Shown piece by piece: positions 56,143 through 64,000 of a stretch of 64,000 nt of DNA. The stretch is from contig JAICKC010000003.1 of NCBI GenBank assembly GCA_025928155.1, forward strand, positions 9,069 through 73,068, in the 5' to 3' direction. Position numbers and translations under genes: made by a program. Origin of the DNA: Candidatus Saccharimonadota bacterium (GTDB taxonomy: Bacteria > Patescibacteriota > Saccharimonadia > Saccharimonadales > UBA4665). Under the pieces are notes generated by a model, which saw only the letters and a program-made list of their open reading frames with translations, had not been told where the DNA came from and searched no databases. Numbering within the stretch: position 1 is the first letter of the stretch; each line of letters begins with the position of its first letter.

Positions 56143-57045
56143 ATGAAAATACGGTCGAGGATTTTTTACGGTTACGCCATCTTCGTAACGGTATATACTC
56201 TGCTCGCATTACTCCCCGCACCCGACCACACCGCGCTTACCAAATACCACCTCAGCCCTTCCGGTCTGCGCTTGCTTGACATTACGCTGTTAGTGCCTTT
56301 GTACGTCATGTGGTTTGCCATATTTTACGGCTATGCCCGCATGCACCGTTACAGCCAGCTCATTAAGCAGGGCCGCGACGGCAAGCAGGTCGTGAGGCTG
56401 GTGAGAGGGCTGCTCGTGCTGGCGCTGGGTTTACCGCTCAGCTCAATTATTAGCGTAGCGTTTACTCTGATCGCCCGCGTACATCCCGGTTTCCTGGCTG
56501 CGGGCACGATAATCTCAAACTATCTCGGCGTTGTCTACCTGCTCATGGCGTTCATTTTTATCATCATGGGAGCCCGCGGCCTCAATGCATTCTCTGGCAG
56601 CCGCCCCAGTTTTGCCTTGACCCATATGGTAGTAGGAGCAGTTATTGTGCTCGGCGTTATTTTCTGTGATCTGATCGCCCGCGCCCATCACAGTTTGCAG
56701 ACGACCTATCACATGTCGTACGCATTGGTTATGCTGACGTTTGCCATTCCGTATATGTATATATGGTACATGGGCTTGAGCGCCATAGCCGAAATGTATG
56801 TATATAGCAAACAGGTGGCTGGCGTGCTGTACCGCAAAGGATGGAACCGGCTGACGTTTGGGCTCGGGTCTATTATCGCTGTCGACATTGCGCTGCAATA
56901 CCTGAGCACGCTTGTCACCTGGCTCAACGGCTTGTCACTTGCAGGTTTGCTGGGATTGTTATATGTATTACTGCTTCTAATGGCGGTTGGGTTCATAGTA
57001 GTGGCTTTGGGCACTAAAGAGCTAATGAAAATAGAGGAAGCGTGA
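56143..57045 (+). CDS. Polytopic membrane protein of unknown function
   Basis: About 8 TM helices. Start set at MKIRSRIFYG. Confidence 0.55.
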   Translation: MKIRSRIFYGYAIFVTVYTLLALLPAPDHTALTKYHLSPSGLRLLDITLLVPLYVMWFAIFYGYARMHRYSQLIKQGRDGKQVVRLVRGLLVLALGLPLSSIISVAFTLIARVHPGFLAAGTIISNYLGVVYLLMAFIFIIMGARGLNAFSGSRPSFALTHMVVGAVIVLGVIFCDLIARAHHSLQTTYHMSYALVMLTFAIPYMYIWYMGLSAIAEMYVYSKQVAGVLYRKGWNRLTFGLGSIIAVDIALQYLSTLVTWLNGLSLAGLLGLLYVLLLLMAVGFIVVALGTKELMKIEEA

Positions 57046-57308
57046 AGGCAATATTGATGGCAAAAACCAGCCTGTTTGACGATGTGGTGACTATTACCTA
57101 CGACTACCTTGGACCTGCCGCCGACCGCTTCGTCATACGCCAAATCCGCAACCACCTACAAAAGGATCCGGCCGAGCTCCGCCACCAAGACTTGCGCCAG
57201 CTCATCGACTGGATCCGGCTAGCCATGCGGCTGATCAGCGACGACATCGATGTGGTTGATCGCTACATTGCCGACCTGGAGCATCTAGCACGCATCAAGG
57301 AGCGTTAA
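57042..57308 (+). CDS. Small hypothetical protein preceding the histidine kinase
   Basis: The 88-aa ORF is coupled at both ends (GTGA and TAATG overlaps). An alternative ATG lies at 57057. Confidence 0.4.
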   Translation: MKAILMAKTSLFDDVVTITYDYLGPAADRFVIRQIRNHLQKDPAELRHQDLRQLIDWIRLAMRLISDDIDVVDRYIADLEHLARIKER

Positions 57309-58426
57309 TGGCAGCCAAACGACAGTCCCCGGGCATTAAGCACGTACCAGAAGAATCTCTCCACGACAGCGCCCGGCTTGAGGCATTATTCGCCAGTATC
57401 GGTGAAGGAGTGATTGCTACCGATGAAGCCGGGACTATCACGCGTATCAACAAGTCAGCCCTGGACCTGCTAGGCATGCGCGAGCATGATGTGCTGCACA
57501 AACCATTCCTAAACACCGTTATTTCAGTACATGACAATGGTAAACCGCTCGACGCTTTTGAGCGTGATATTGTCCGCGCATTCCAGACCGGCAAGTCGGT
57601 GAGCGCCCGGCGGCTTTACCAGAAAAAAGGCGGTGCGCTCCTACCCGTCTACCTTACCGTGTCGCCCATTATTTACCGACGGCGACCTATTGGTGCCATC
57701 GAGGTATTCCGCGACCTCACCAGCGAAATCGAGAACGATAAGCTCAAATCCGACTTTATCTCGATCGCTTCGCACCAATTGCGCACGCCTTTGAGCGCCA
57801 TAAACATGTACGCTCTGATGCTGCGCGACGGCCTAGCTGGCGAACTTACCGAAGAGCAGCTAACGTACATACGCACCATCCTGAAATCAGCTGAACGCAT
57901 GAATACGCTCATCGATACCCTGCTCAACATCACCCGCATAGAAGCCGGCAGCATCAAGATCAAAGTCCAACCCGTGCGTCTCGACAAACTTGCCCAGGAA
58001 ATGCTTGCCGAATTTATACCGACTGCACGAGCCAAACGTCTCACTCTTACCGCCGAAATTCCTGCTACTATACCAGCGATTCATACTGACAACCTGCTCG
58101 TTAAAGAAGTTTGCGCCAACCTGCTCAGCAACGCCGTGAAGTATACTCCCGAAGGTGGATCGGTGTATCTCAAGCTTGCTGAAACTCCGCAGGAAATCCG
58201 CTGGACAGTGCGCGACACCGGCTACGGCATACCGGCGAACGAACAAAAGAACATCTTCCTCAAGTTCTTCCGGGCTGAGAACATTCTGGACAAAGATGTG
58301 AGCGGCACCGGCCTAGGACTTTATCTTATCAAAAACATTGCTGAATCTTTGGGCGGTGACCTATGGTTTGAAAGCGCCGAAAATGCCGGCTCAACCTTCC
58401 ACTTTTCACTCCCCAAAAACCTATAG
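57308..58426 (+). CDS. Soluble PAS-HisKA-HATPase sensor histidine kinase (no adjacent response regulator)
   Basis: H-box IASHQLRTPLSAI, N-box NLLSNAVKYTPEGG, and G-boxes VRDTGYGI and GTGLGLYL. Confidence 0.85.
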   Translation: MAAKRQSPGIKHVPEESLHDSARLEALFASIGEGVIATDEAGTITRINKSALDLLGMREHDVLHKPFLNTVISVHDNGKPLDAFERDIVRAFQTGKSVSARRLYQKKGGALLPVYLTVSPIIYRRRPIGAIEVFRDLTSEIENDKLKSDFISIASHQLRTPLSAINMYALMLRDGLAGELTEEQLTYIRTILKSAERMNTLIDTLLNITRIEAGSIKIKVQPVRLDKLAQEMLAEFIPTARAKRLTLTAEIPATIPAIHTDNLLVKEVCANLLSNAVKYTPEGGSVYLKLAETPQEIRWTVRDTGYGIPANEQKNIFLKFFRAENILDKDVSGTGLGLYLIKNIAESLGGDLWFESAENAGSTFHFSLPKNL

Positions 58427-58427
58427 C

Positions 58428-60152
58428 TTACTGGCCGCCGGTTGTGGTGGTTTTAGGCACCGAGCTCTGGCCGATAATCAGGATGAAATCGGCATTTGGA
58501 TAGGTGGCCGTCAAGTGGGTGTTCGTGACAAGGCTGGCGCTGTATTTCTTTTCTAGGTAGGTGAGGGAGTTGGGCATTTTGCCTGCCGAGTTATCGATGA
58601 GCGTGTTGGTAGCTTGGGCGGCTGGAGCGTCGCCAATCGTCACTGACATGCCTTTGGCAATGAGCGCATTTTCCTGCTGCGATGCCAGCCCGCTCACTTC
58701 GGTACCGTTCAGTATTACTACCGTGGCGCCCTCACGCGAAACCGGGTCGCTTGAAAGTATCTTGGTGATTTGTGCCTGAATATCACTGAAGTCGTCGATC
58801 CCGGCTGCCGGGATCAGCACCGACTGTGGCGGATTGGTGGGCGCTGTGAAATTCTGCAGCATGGTGGTGTTACCACCCTTCAGCGTGTTGACATTGTACG
58901 AGGCGACGTTGTTGTCGTTGACCTTCTTCATGTAGGTGTAGAGGGTCTCGATTTCGTCGAGCCGCAAGTTGGTCTTGACGTTGTTACCCACGGCGTCCAC
59001 GAGTGCCGAAATCTTGAGGGGGTTAGCGATGACACTAGCCTGGCTAGACTTGTCCTTAATAGCCATAAGCATTTGCCGCTGATGCTCGGTGCGGTCAAAG
59101 TCGCTATCAGGAAAACCATAGGGGATACCATAAGGGTTCGGATCGCCGCGCGCCCGAGCCAGGTTGAGCGCCTGCTTGCCGCTAAGCGTCACCGGGCCGT
59201 TCGGATATTTGGCTAGCGCGCAGCACTTCCGGGTGGTGTAATCAATGTTCGGGTCATAAATACCGCGCGGGTCAGTGCTATTGATAGTAATAGTTATACC
59301 ACCCACGGCATCTACTAAATCCCGGAATGCACCGTAATTCACGAGCGCCTGATAGTCGATGGTAAGCCCCAGGTTATCCTGTATAACGCCTTGCAGTTTA
59401 TCCATACCGCCGTTGGGGTAGGCGGCATTTATTTTGGAGTGACCCACGCCCGGTATGTTCACCCACAGGTCGCGCGGAACGCTTAAGATAAGGGCGGTAT
59501 TCTTTTTGGTGTCCACGCTGAGTACCATGATGGAGTCAGTCAGGTTAGCCCCATCATGCCCCGGGTCATCAGCCGAGTTGGCTGCCAGTAAAATGTTAAC
59601 GCGACCATCTTGGTTTTTGAGTGGTACCGGGTTGAAGACCTGTAATAACGCCAACGGGTTTTTGTTACCCGTAATTTTGGCAATATCACGGTAGAATCTA
59701 AAGCCGAGTACACCAGCCGCCAGCAACACCATGACGCTTAGACCGATCCCAATCCGCTTAACTATGCGCCTTCGCGGACTTATGCCCCGCTCTTTTTTGC
59801 GAGTCCTCCGCTCTTTGCGGCGCTGGCGCCAGCTCTTTTTGCCCGCTTGCTCTGGTTGTTCTTCGGCAGGAGCGCGGCGGCGACGGCGCAGTTCTTCGCC
59901 GGCCAGCGACCCCGCCCCAAAACTGCCCTGCCCCGGCACCGGGGGCAATACAGAATCATCGGCAGCGCCCAAAACCGGCTGCGCGGCATTTCGCCGTGGC
60001 ATGTCGGTCAATTCTGACCGACGAAGCTGCGGACTAACCGAAGGACTGTGAAATACCGGCTGGCGTGGCCGCGCTGGCACCGGCTTCGAAAAGAAGCCGT
60101 CAATATTCGTACTACGCTTCGGAGTGAAGCTATCCTTTTTTTCGAGTGCCAT
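58428..60152 (-). CDS. LCP (LytR-CpsA-Psr) family cell-envelope phosphotransferase with a basic disordered N-terminal tail and a LytR_C-like C-terminus
   Basis: NILLAANSADD...TDSIMVLSVD...SVPRDLWV LCP core, a single TM helix, and the R/K-rich cytoplasmic N-terminus RRRRAPAEE...RQRRKERRTRKKER. Confidence 0.85.
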   Translation of the reverse strand: MALEKKDSFTPKRSTNIDGFFSKPVPARPRQPVFHSPSVSPQLRRSELTDMPRRNAAQPVLGAADDSVLPPVPGQGSFGAGSLAGEELRRRRRAPAEEQPEQAGKKSWRQRRKERRTRKKERGISPRRRIVKRIGIGLSVMVLLAAGVLGFRFYRDIAKITGNKNPLALLQVFNPVPLKNQDGRVNILLAANSADDPGHDGANLTDSIMVLSVDTKKNTALILSVPRDLWVNIPGVGHSKINAAYPNGGMDKLQGVIQDNLGLTIDYQALVNYGAFRDLVDAVGGITITINSTDPRGIYDPNIDYTTRKCCALAKYPNGPVTLSGKQALNLARARGDPNPYGIPYGFPDSDFDRTEHQRQMLMAIKDKSSQASVIANPLKISALVDAVGNNVKTNLRLDEIETLYTYMKKVNDNNVASYNVNTLKGGNTTMLQNFTAPTNPPQSVLIPAAGIDDFSDIQAQITKILSSDPVSREGATVVILNGTEVSGLASQQENALIAKGMSVTIGDAPAAQATNTLIDNSAGKMPNSLTYLEKKYSASLVTNTHLTATYPNADFILIIGQSSVPKTTTTGGQ

Positions 60153-60334
60153 ACTAGAGTCTTGGTTGCAGTGCCAGCCTACTGGCAAGATAGATTACTA
60201 TTGTCCCGATGTAAGTGCAGTTTTGGGTAAGGTGGGCGGAAGCAGCAAGCGCGGTGGCTTGAGCAGAGCGGAAATTTCTGACGCTATGAGGAAGCTGCAT
60301 TACTCTGGTTTATTTTACGGGAAAACGGACATCA

Positions 60335-60371
60335 AATAAACCCACCTTGCTCGTAAGTAGGTGGGTTTATT
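60335..60371. terminator. Strong bidirectional-looking hairpin terminator
   Basis: 13-bp stem aataaacccacct / aggtgggtttatt with an 11-nt loop. On the minus strand the stem runs into TTTATTTG. Confidence 0.7.
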
Positions 60372-60564
60372 GCAGACAAACGATTAGAGCTTGGCTAGCA
60401 TCTCGTCTATTGCCAGCAGGCGCTTATCTCTGGTAGGTACCAGCATAAAGCCGCCCAGACTGGGTTGGTCTGTGGCAAGTCGCATTACGGCTGCCTTTCT
60501 TTTTAATTTTGTTTTGTGATTTTTGTTTTAAGATTTTCTTGTGCAAATCTCAAAACTAATGCAT

Positions 60565-60593
60565 AGTATAGCAAAAGGCTTACGCTTTGTCAA
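60565..60593 (-). promoter_or_regulatory. Near-consensus sigma70 promoter firing toward lower coordinates (TTGACA - 17 nt - TATACT)
   Basis: Plus-strand tgtcaa at 60588-93 and agtata at 60565-70. It lies just downstream of the corA stop. Confidence 0.55.
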
Positions 60594-60608
60594 TGGCAAC
60601 CGTGGACA

Positions 60609-61565
60609 CTAGAACCACCTCCGCTTACGGAAGTAGATGTACATGCCAAGTGCCGTGCAAGCCGAAAGCGCCAGTACCAGCCAGAATGTCGTATATTTGC
60701 CCAGGAATAGCCACGAGCCGGATTCCAAGCCACCGGGCACGAAGACGTTCATGCCGTACAGCGCCGCTGCGACCGTTGCTGGGATGGTAAACGTAAACAC
60801 CAGCGTGAGCAGTGCCAAAATGCGGTTCGTTTGCTCGGTACTGGTTATAAAATCGGCATCTTTGTAGATTTCGACGGTCTCACGCGCTTCGTCGAGTTCG
60901 TCCCACAAGCGGTTAACGGTTTTGAGATTGTAGGCATAGTAGTGGGTGAGATCGCTGCCAGCAAAGCCGCCGATTTGCTCACGCAGATCGTCGAGCAGCA
61001 GCCGCTTAGGGCCAGTCAGACGGCGCAAACGAATAATTTTTTCGCGGAGGCGGCCGATGCGCTCGGCGTCGGAGGAGTTATTTTCAAACACTAAGTCCTC
61101 GACCTCATCGAGTTCCACATCTATGCCTTCGGCTATAGTTTCCATGGTCTGGAGCAGGGCGGCGATAATGCGGAACAGCAGATAACCAGCACTGCGAGCC
61201 TCTTGCTTATCGGTGGTACGCGAAAAGTGGGTGTAGAAATCATCGATAAATGGTGCCTCTTTAACGTGCACGGTCACCACATAGTCCTTGCCTAGGAACA
61301 CCCCCAGCTGGCCAACGGTAATTTTTCCGTCAGGTTGCAGCGCAGGATAGTGCATAACCAAGAAAAAATAGTGCTTTTCGCGCTCCACCTGATTGTGCTG
61401 CACTTTGCGGACGCTTTCGCCCACATGCACCGGATGCAAGCGGTACTCCTGCTCGAGCCGCTCCAGCACAGTCGTGCCCGGCGCCTGCGCATCCACCCAG
61501 GTCACGCCACCCAAGGTGTGTTTTCGCACATCCCCGCCACCGTCAGTATGCCCATCCATATTCAC
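60609..61565 (-). CDS. corA: Magnesium/cobalt transporter CorA
   Basis: The YGMNV (GMN) motif precedes the last TM helix. Length is 318 aa. Confidence 0.9.
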   Translation of the reverse strand: MNMDGHTDGGGDVRKHTLGGVTWVDAQAPGTTVLERLEQEYRLHPVHVGESVRKVQHNQVEREKHYFFLVMHYPALQPDGKITVGQLGVFLGKDYVVTVHVKEAPFIDDFYTHFSRTTDKQEARSAGYLLFRIIAALLQTMETIAEGIDVELDEVEDLVFENNSSDAERIGRLREKIIRLRRLTGPKRLLLDDLREQIGGFAGSDLTHYYAYNLKTVNRLWDELDEARETVEIYKDADFITSTEQTNRILALLTLVFTFTIPATVAAALYGMNVFVPGGLESGSWLFLGKYTTFWLVLALSACTALGMYIYFRKRRWF

Positions 61566-61598
61566 TTTATAATAGCAACAAACGCGCGCCGATTCACG

Positions 61599-62525
61599 CT
61601 AACTGGGGTTGCTCGCCACCACCGCAGTCCTGAGCTGTTTGAACGCGCCTATATACTTTTGGGTAGCCGCTTTATAGCTCGCGTCGGGCCCAACAGAGAC
61701 TGAGCCACCTAGATAAACCGGCAGGCTTGCCGGTTCGCCATAGCCCTGAAGGCTCAAGGACCAATTCCCGCCCTGCGCCTGCGGGCGGGTGAGCGTGTAG
61801 CAGATGTTGAAAACTTTGTCGCCGGTAGTAAGACCCTTGGTCGTGTCATTAGCGCAGGCGGCGGTGTCCGTTTTGAGCTGTGAAATAAACGCCTTTTTGT
61901 CAGCAACACTCAGCTGCTTGCCACCGGCACCTGCGCCAGGGTAGCTAGCGGGCGCAGCGTCGGCCACGGCAGCCCACTGTGTCATGTCAGATACAAAAAA
62001 GGTGCCTGTGGTAGTCGTGCCAGCCGGTGCGTCAGGGGTGCCCGAGCCTTGAAACAGCCAGTTAGCCAAAACGTCGCTTGAGCTCGTGGCAAAGTAGGCC
62101 GCTAGGCCTACTGGTGTCGTAACGCCCGGTGCAAGGTTAAGCGCACTCTGGTCTGCTGGCAGTGTAAGCGTGGTGACAACTGTTTTCGTTTTGAGTGAAG
62201 CCGGCACGCCGACTGCTGAATAGGTAGCATATTGATCTGCGGCGGCTTGCGCCTGCTGGGCTTCCTTCAGACTAGCCTGAGACGTGGACAGCCTGCTGTT
62301 GAGGTCTGAAATCTGGCTGTGCTGCCACAAGTATATGCCGGCAGCCACGGCAAACAGAGCTACCGCCCACACGATGTGCGCCAACACCGAACTGCGCGGT
62401 TCTTGCATGTTCACACCGGTAGCAGGTGGTGTAGTAACGGGGCCCGTAACCTGTGGTGCTACTGGCTGTGATTGTTGCTGATAGCTGGGTGGCATATCTT
62501 TAAAGTTTATGCTTGGACCGCTCAT
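61599..62525 (-). CDS. Hypothetical membrane-anchored protein (P/Q-rich N-terminus, TM, coiled coil, extracytoplasmic domain)
   Basis: TM helix IVWAVALFAVAAGIYLW. No recognisable catalytic motif. Upstream of corA on the same strand. Confidence 0.5.
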   Translation of the reverse strand: MSGPSINFKDMPPSYQQQSQPVAPQVTGPVTTPPATGVNMQEPRSSVLAHIVWAVALFAVAAGIYLWQHSQISDLNSRLSTSQASLKEAQQAQAAADQYATYSAVGVPASLKTKTVVTTLTLPADQSALNLAPGVTTPVGLAAYFATSSSDVLANWLFQGSGTPDAPAGTTTTGTFFVSDMTQWAAVADAAPASYPGAGAGGKQLSVADKKAFISQLKTDTAACANDTTKGLTTGDKVFNICYTLTRPQAQGGNWSLSLQGYGEPASLPVYLGGSVSVGPDASYKAATQKYIGAFKQLRTAVVASNPS

Positions 62526-62538
62526 TTTGCAAAGCTGT

Positions 62539-62567
62539 TTGACATTTCACAATACCTTGTATAGCAT
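62539..62567 (+). promoter_or_regulatory. Candidate promoter of the padR-pspC pair (TTGACA - 17 nt - TAGCAT)
   Basis: ttgaca at 62539-44. The -10 ends 8 nt before the padR ATG, implying a near-leaderless transcript. Confidence 0.4.
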
Positions 62568-62575
62568 AGTAGTGT

Positions 62576-62932
62576 ATGAACAAGAATAGCGAAAACAGTC
62601 TCCGCGCCCAATCCGAGGTGCAAATGCGCAAGGGCATGCTCGTGTATTGCGTATTACTCCTGCTGGGGGATGGCAAAGTGTATACGTCGGAGCTCATCCG
62701 CGCCCTACACCAGGCTGAACTTATTGTGGTGGAAGGCACCCTCTACCCTTTACTCAATCGCTTGGCCAAGGATGGCCTACTGGCCTACGAGTGGCAGGAA
62801 AGCGAGCAGGGGCCACCACGCAAGTACTACTGGCTAACCGACGGGGGTAAAAAATTGCTGGCAGATTTACAGCAAACCTATCACAGACTGCACGCCTCAG
62901 TTAGCGCACTCGAGAAAGGAACTAACACATGA
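62576..62932 (+). CDS. PadR family transcriptional regulator
   Basis: EGTLYPLLNRLAKDGLLAYEWQESEQGPPRKYYWLTDGGKK (canonical PadR wHTH). Confidence 0.85.
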   Translation: MNKNSENSLRAQSEVQMRKGMLVYCVLLLLGDGKVYTSELIRALHQAELIVVEGTLYPLLNRLAKDGLLAYEWQESEQGPPRKYYWLTDGGKKLLADLQQTYHRLHASVSALEKGTNT

Positions 62933-64000
62933 ACGAAGTAACTAAGATCCACCTGGGACGGCAAGCGTTTACCATTTCGGTGGACGCGCACCGCGAGCTC
63001 AAAGGCTACCTGGACGCGATTAAGCGGCACGTCAGCGATGAAGGGGTAGTAAGCGAGGTGGAGCTACGCATGGCAGAACTACTCGCTGAACGTGATGTGA
63101 AAGACGAACAGGTTATTTTGCCCGCGGACGTCGATTTCCTGAAAGAGCAGTTGGGCAACCCGAAAGACTTTGCTGAGGACGACGAGCAAGAGACAGCCGA
63201 CCAACCTACCGACACCAAGCGGCTGTTCCGAGACACCGATAACGCTATGCTCGCGGGCGTGGCAGCCGGGCTCGGCAATTACTTCGGTGTGGACGTGCTG
63301 ATTATCCGGCTATTATTCGTCATCGCCACCTTTGCCGGCGGCTGGGGGATCTTGATTTACATTGTGCTGTGGTTACTGGTACCGGAAGCAAAAACATCGA
63401 GTGAACGTCTGCAGATGGCTGGTAAACCAGTCACCATCGACAGTCTAAAGGAAGTCGTAGAACGCGCGGACGTTGGTGGCGCGGCCCGACGCGCTAATAA
63501 TTCGCTGGCTGGACCGGTGAATGCAGCTTTCAGGACCCTCCTGAAGGTCGTCGGCGTATGCTTTGTGGTCATAGGCATGAGCCTACTGCTCGGCCTGGCT
63601 ACGGCGGCATTGTATGTATTCTTCCATAACAGCAGCATCGTGCAAGACAACCTATTTCCCATAGGTATCAAAGAGCATCTGCTCGTGTACAGTGCAGCTG
63701 TGGTGGGCATTCTGCTGTCGCTCTTTGTGGTGCTGTTCGGCATGGCTCTGTACCGGCGTAAATGGCCTATCCACGCTTGGATTACCGGCACGCTCATTGG
63801 CATGACTCTCATCGGTATGGCAGCCGGCGGTGCACTCGCCGCCGATGTGGCACCGCACATCCGCGATCGCTACAACGCCAACCTGCACACCACCGTACGC
63901 ACGGTTCAGCCCTTCAGCGCTGTAGACCTCAGCCAGCTCGGCAACGGTGTTACCATCAACTACGAAACCGCCCCCACCTACTCCGTGAGTCTACACTACT
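62929..64000 (+). CDS. PspC-domain membrane protein; 3' end outside window
   Basis: Own translation from the ATG at 62929 (ATGA overlap with padR): ...KRLFRDTDNAMLAGVAAGLGNYFGVDVLIIRLLFVIATFAGGWGILIYIVLWLLVP is a PspC domain. The frame stays open to nt 64000. Confidence 0.8.
   Translation, partial: MNEVTKIHLGRQAFTISVDAHRELKGYLDAIKRHVSDEGVVSEVELRMAELLAERDVKDEQVILPADVDFLKEQLGNPKDFAEDDEQETADQPTDTKRLFRDTDNAMLAGVAAGLGNYFGVDVLIIRLLFVIATFAGGWGILIYIVLWLLVPEAKTSSERLQMAGKPVTIDSLKEVVERADVGGAARRANNSLAGPVNAAFRTLLKVVGVCFVVIGMSLLLGLATAALYVFFHNSSIVQDNLFPIGIKEHLLVYSAAVVGILLSLFVVLFGMALYRRKWPIHAWITGTLIGMTLIGMAAGGALAADVAPHIRDRYNANLHTTVRTVQPFSAVDLSQLGNGVTINYETAPTYSVSLHY

Noticed and set aside
1-64000. CRISPR arrays, rRNA genes, IS elements or transposases, integrases, and recoded stop codons (UGA as sense, as in some CPR lineages)
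   Set aside because: - I saw no regularly spaced direct repeats, no rRNA-like conserved stretches, and no transposase or integrase-like ORFs.
- TGA terminates many conserved genes at their expected C-termini and takes part in ATGA coupling.
- The standard code 11 therefore applies.

Overview
Gene-dense 64-kb window with about 65 CDS and 2 tRNAs. It uses the standard genetic code: TGA acts as a stop in many ATGA-coupled gene pairs. Gene content points to a reduced-genome Patescibacteria/CPR bacterium, most consistent with Saccharibacteria (TM7); this is an inference, no search was run. Supporting content: a type IV pilus operon (pilC, pilins, pilMNO), LCP, MurJ, FtsH, RuvC-RuvA-X-RuvB, YebC, HrcA-GrpE-DnaK-DnaJ, LepA, RadC, TilS, CorA, a MacB-type ABC pair, two soluble PAS histidine kinases, and an unusually large set of NUDIX (4), HD (3) and Ham1 nucleotide-sanitising genes. 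Little biosynthetic capacity is visible. Observations worth follow-up: (1) an actinobacterial-type lsr2 gene on a short, very GC-rich patch bracketed by a 17-nt inverted repeat, between convergent backbone genes; (2) a compositionally mosaic accessory region (20.6-25.9 kb) ending at tRNA-Lys, where a 1.8-kb AT-rich cassette (MoaA-like radical SAM + YdeI-like) is flanked by 29/30-nt direct repeats that include the tRNA 3' end; (3) a rimK / RimB-protease::ATP-grasp fusion / HExxH-peptidase cluster that looks like a peptide-tail ligation and trimming system; (4) three HrcA/CIRCE operators, each carrying the promoter -35 hexamer inside the CIRCE spacer, including one at hsp20; (5) an orphan VirD4/TraD-like ATPase, a GC-rich secreted M23 peptidase, and two unexplained non-coding loci. 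CDS coordinates come from the supplied ORF track, with starts refined by eye. Motif, repeat and RNA coordinates were hand-counted and may be off by 1-2 nt. GC statements are hand counts of individual 60-nt lines, not computed profiles.
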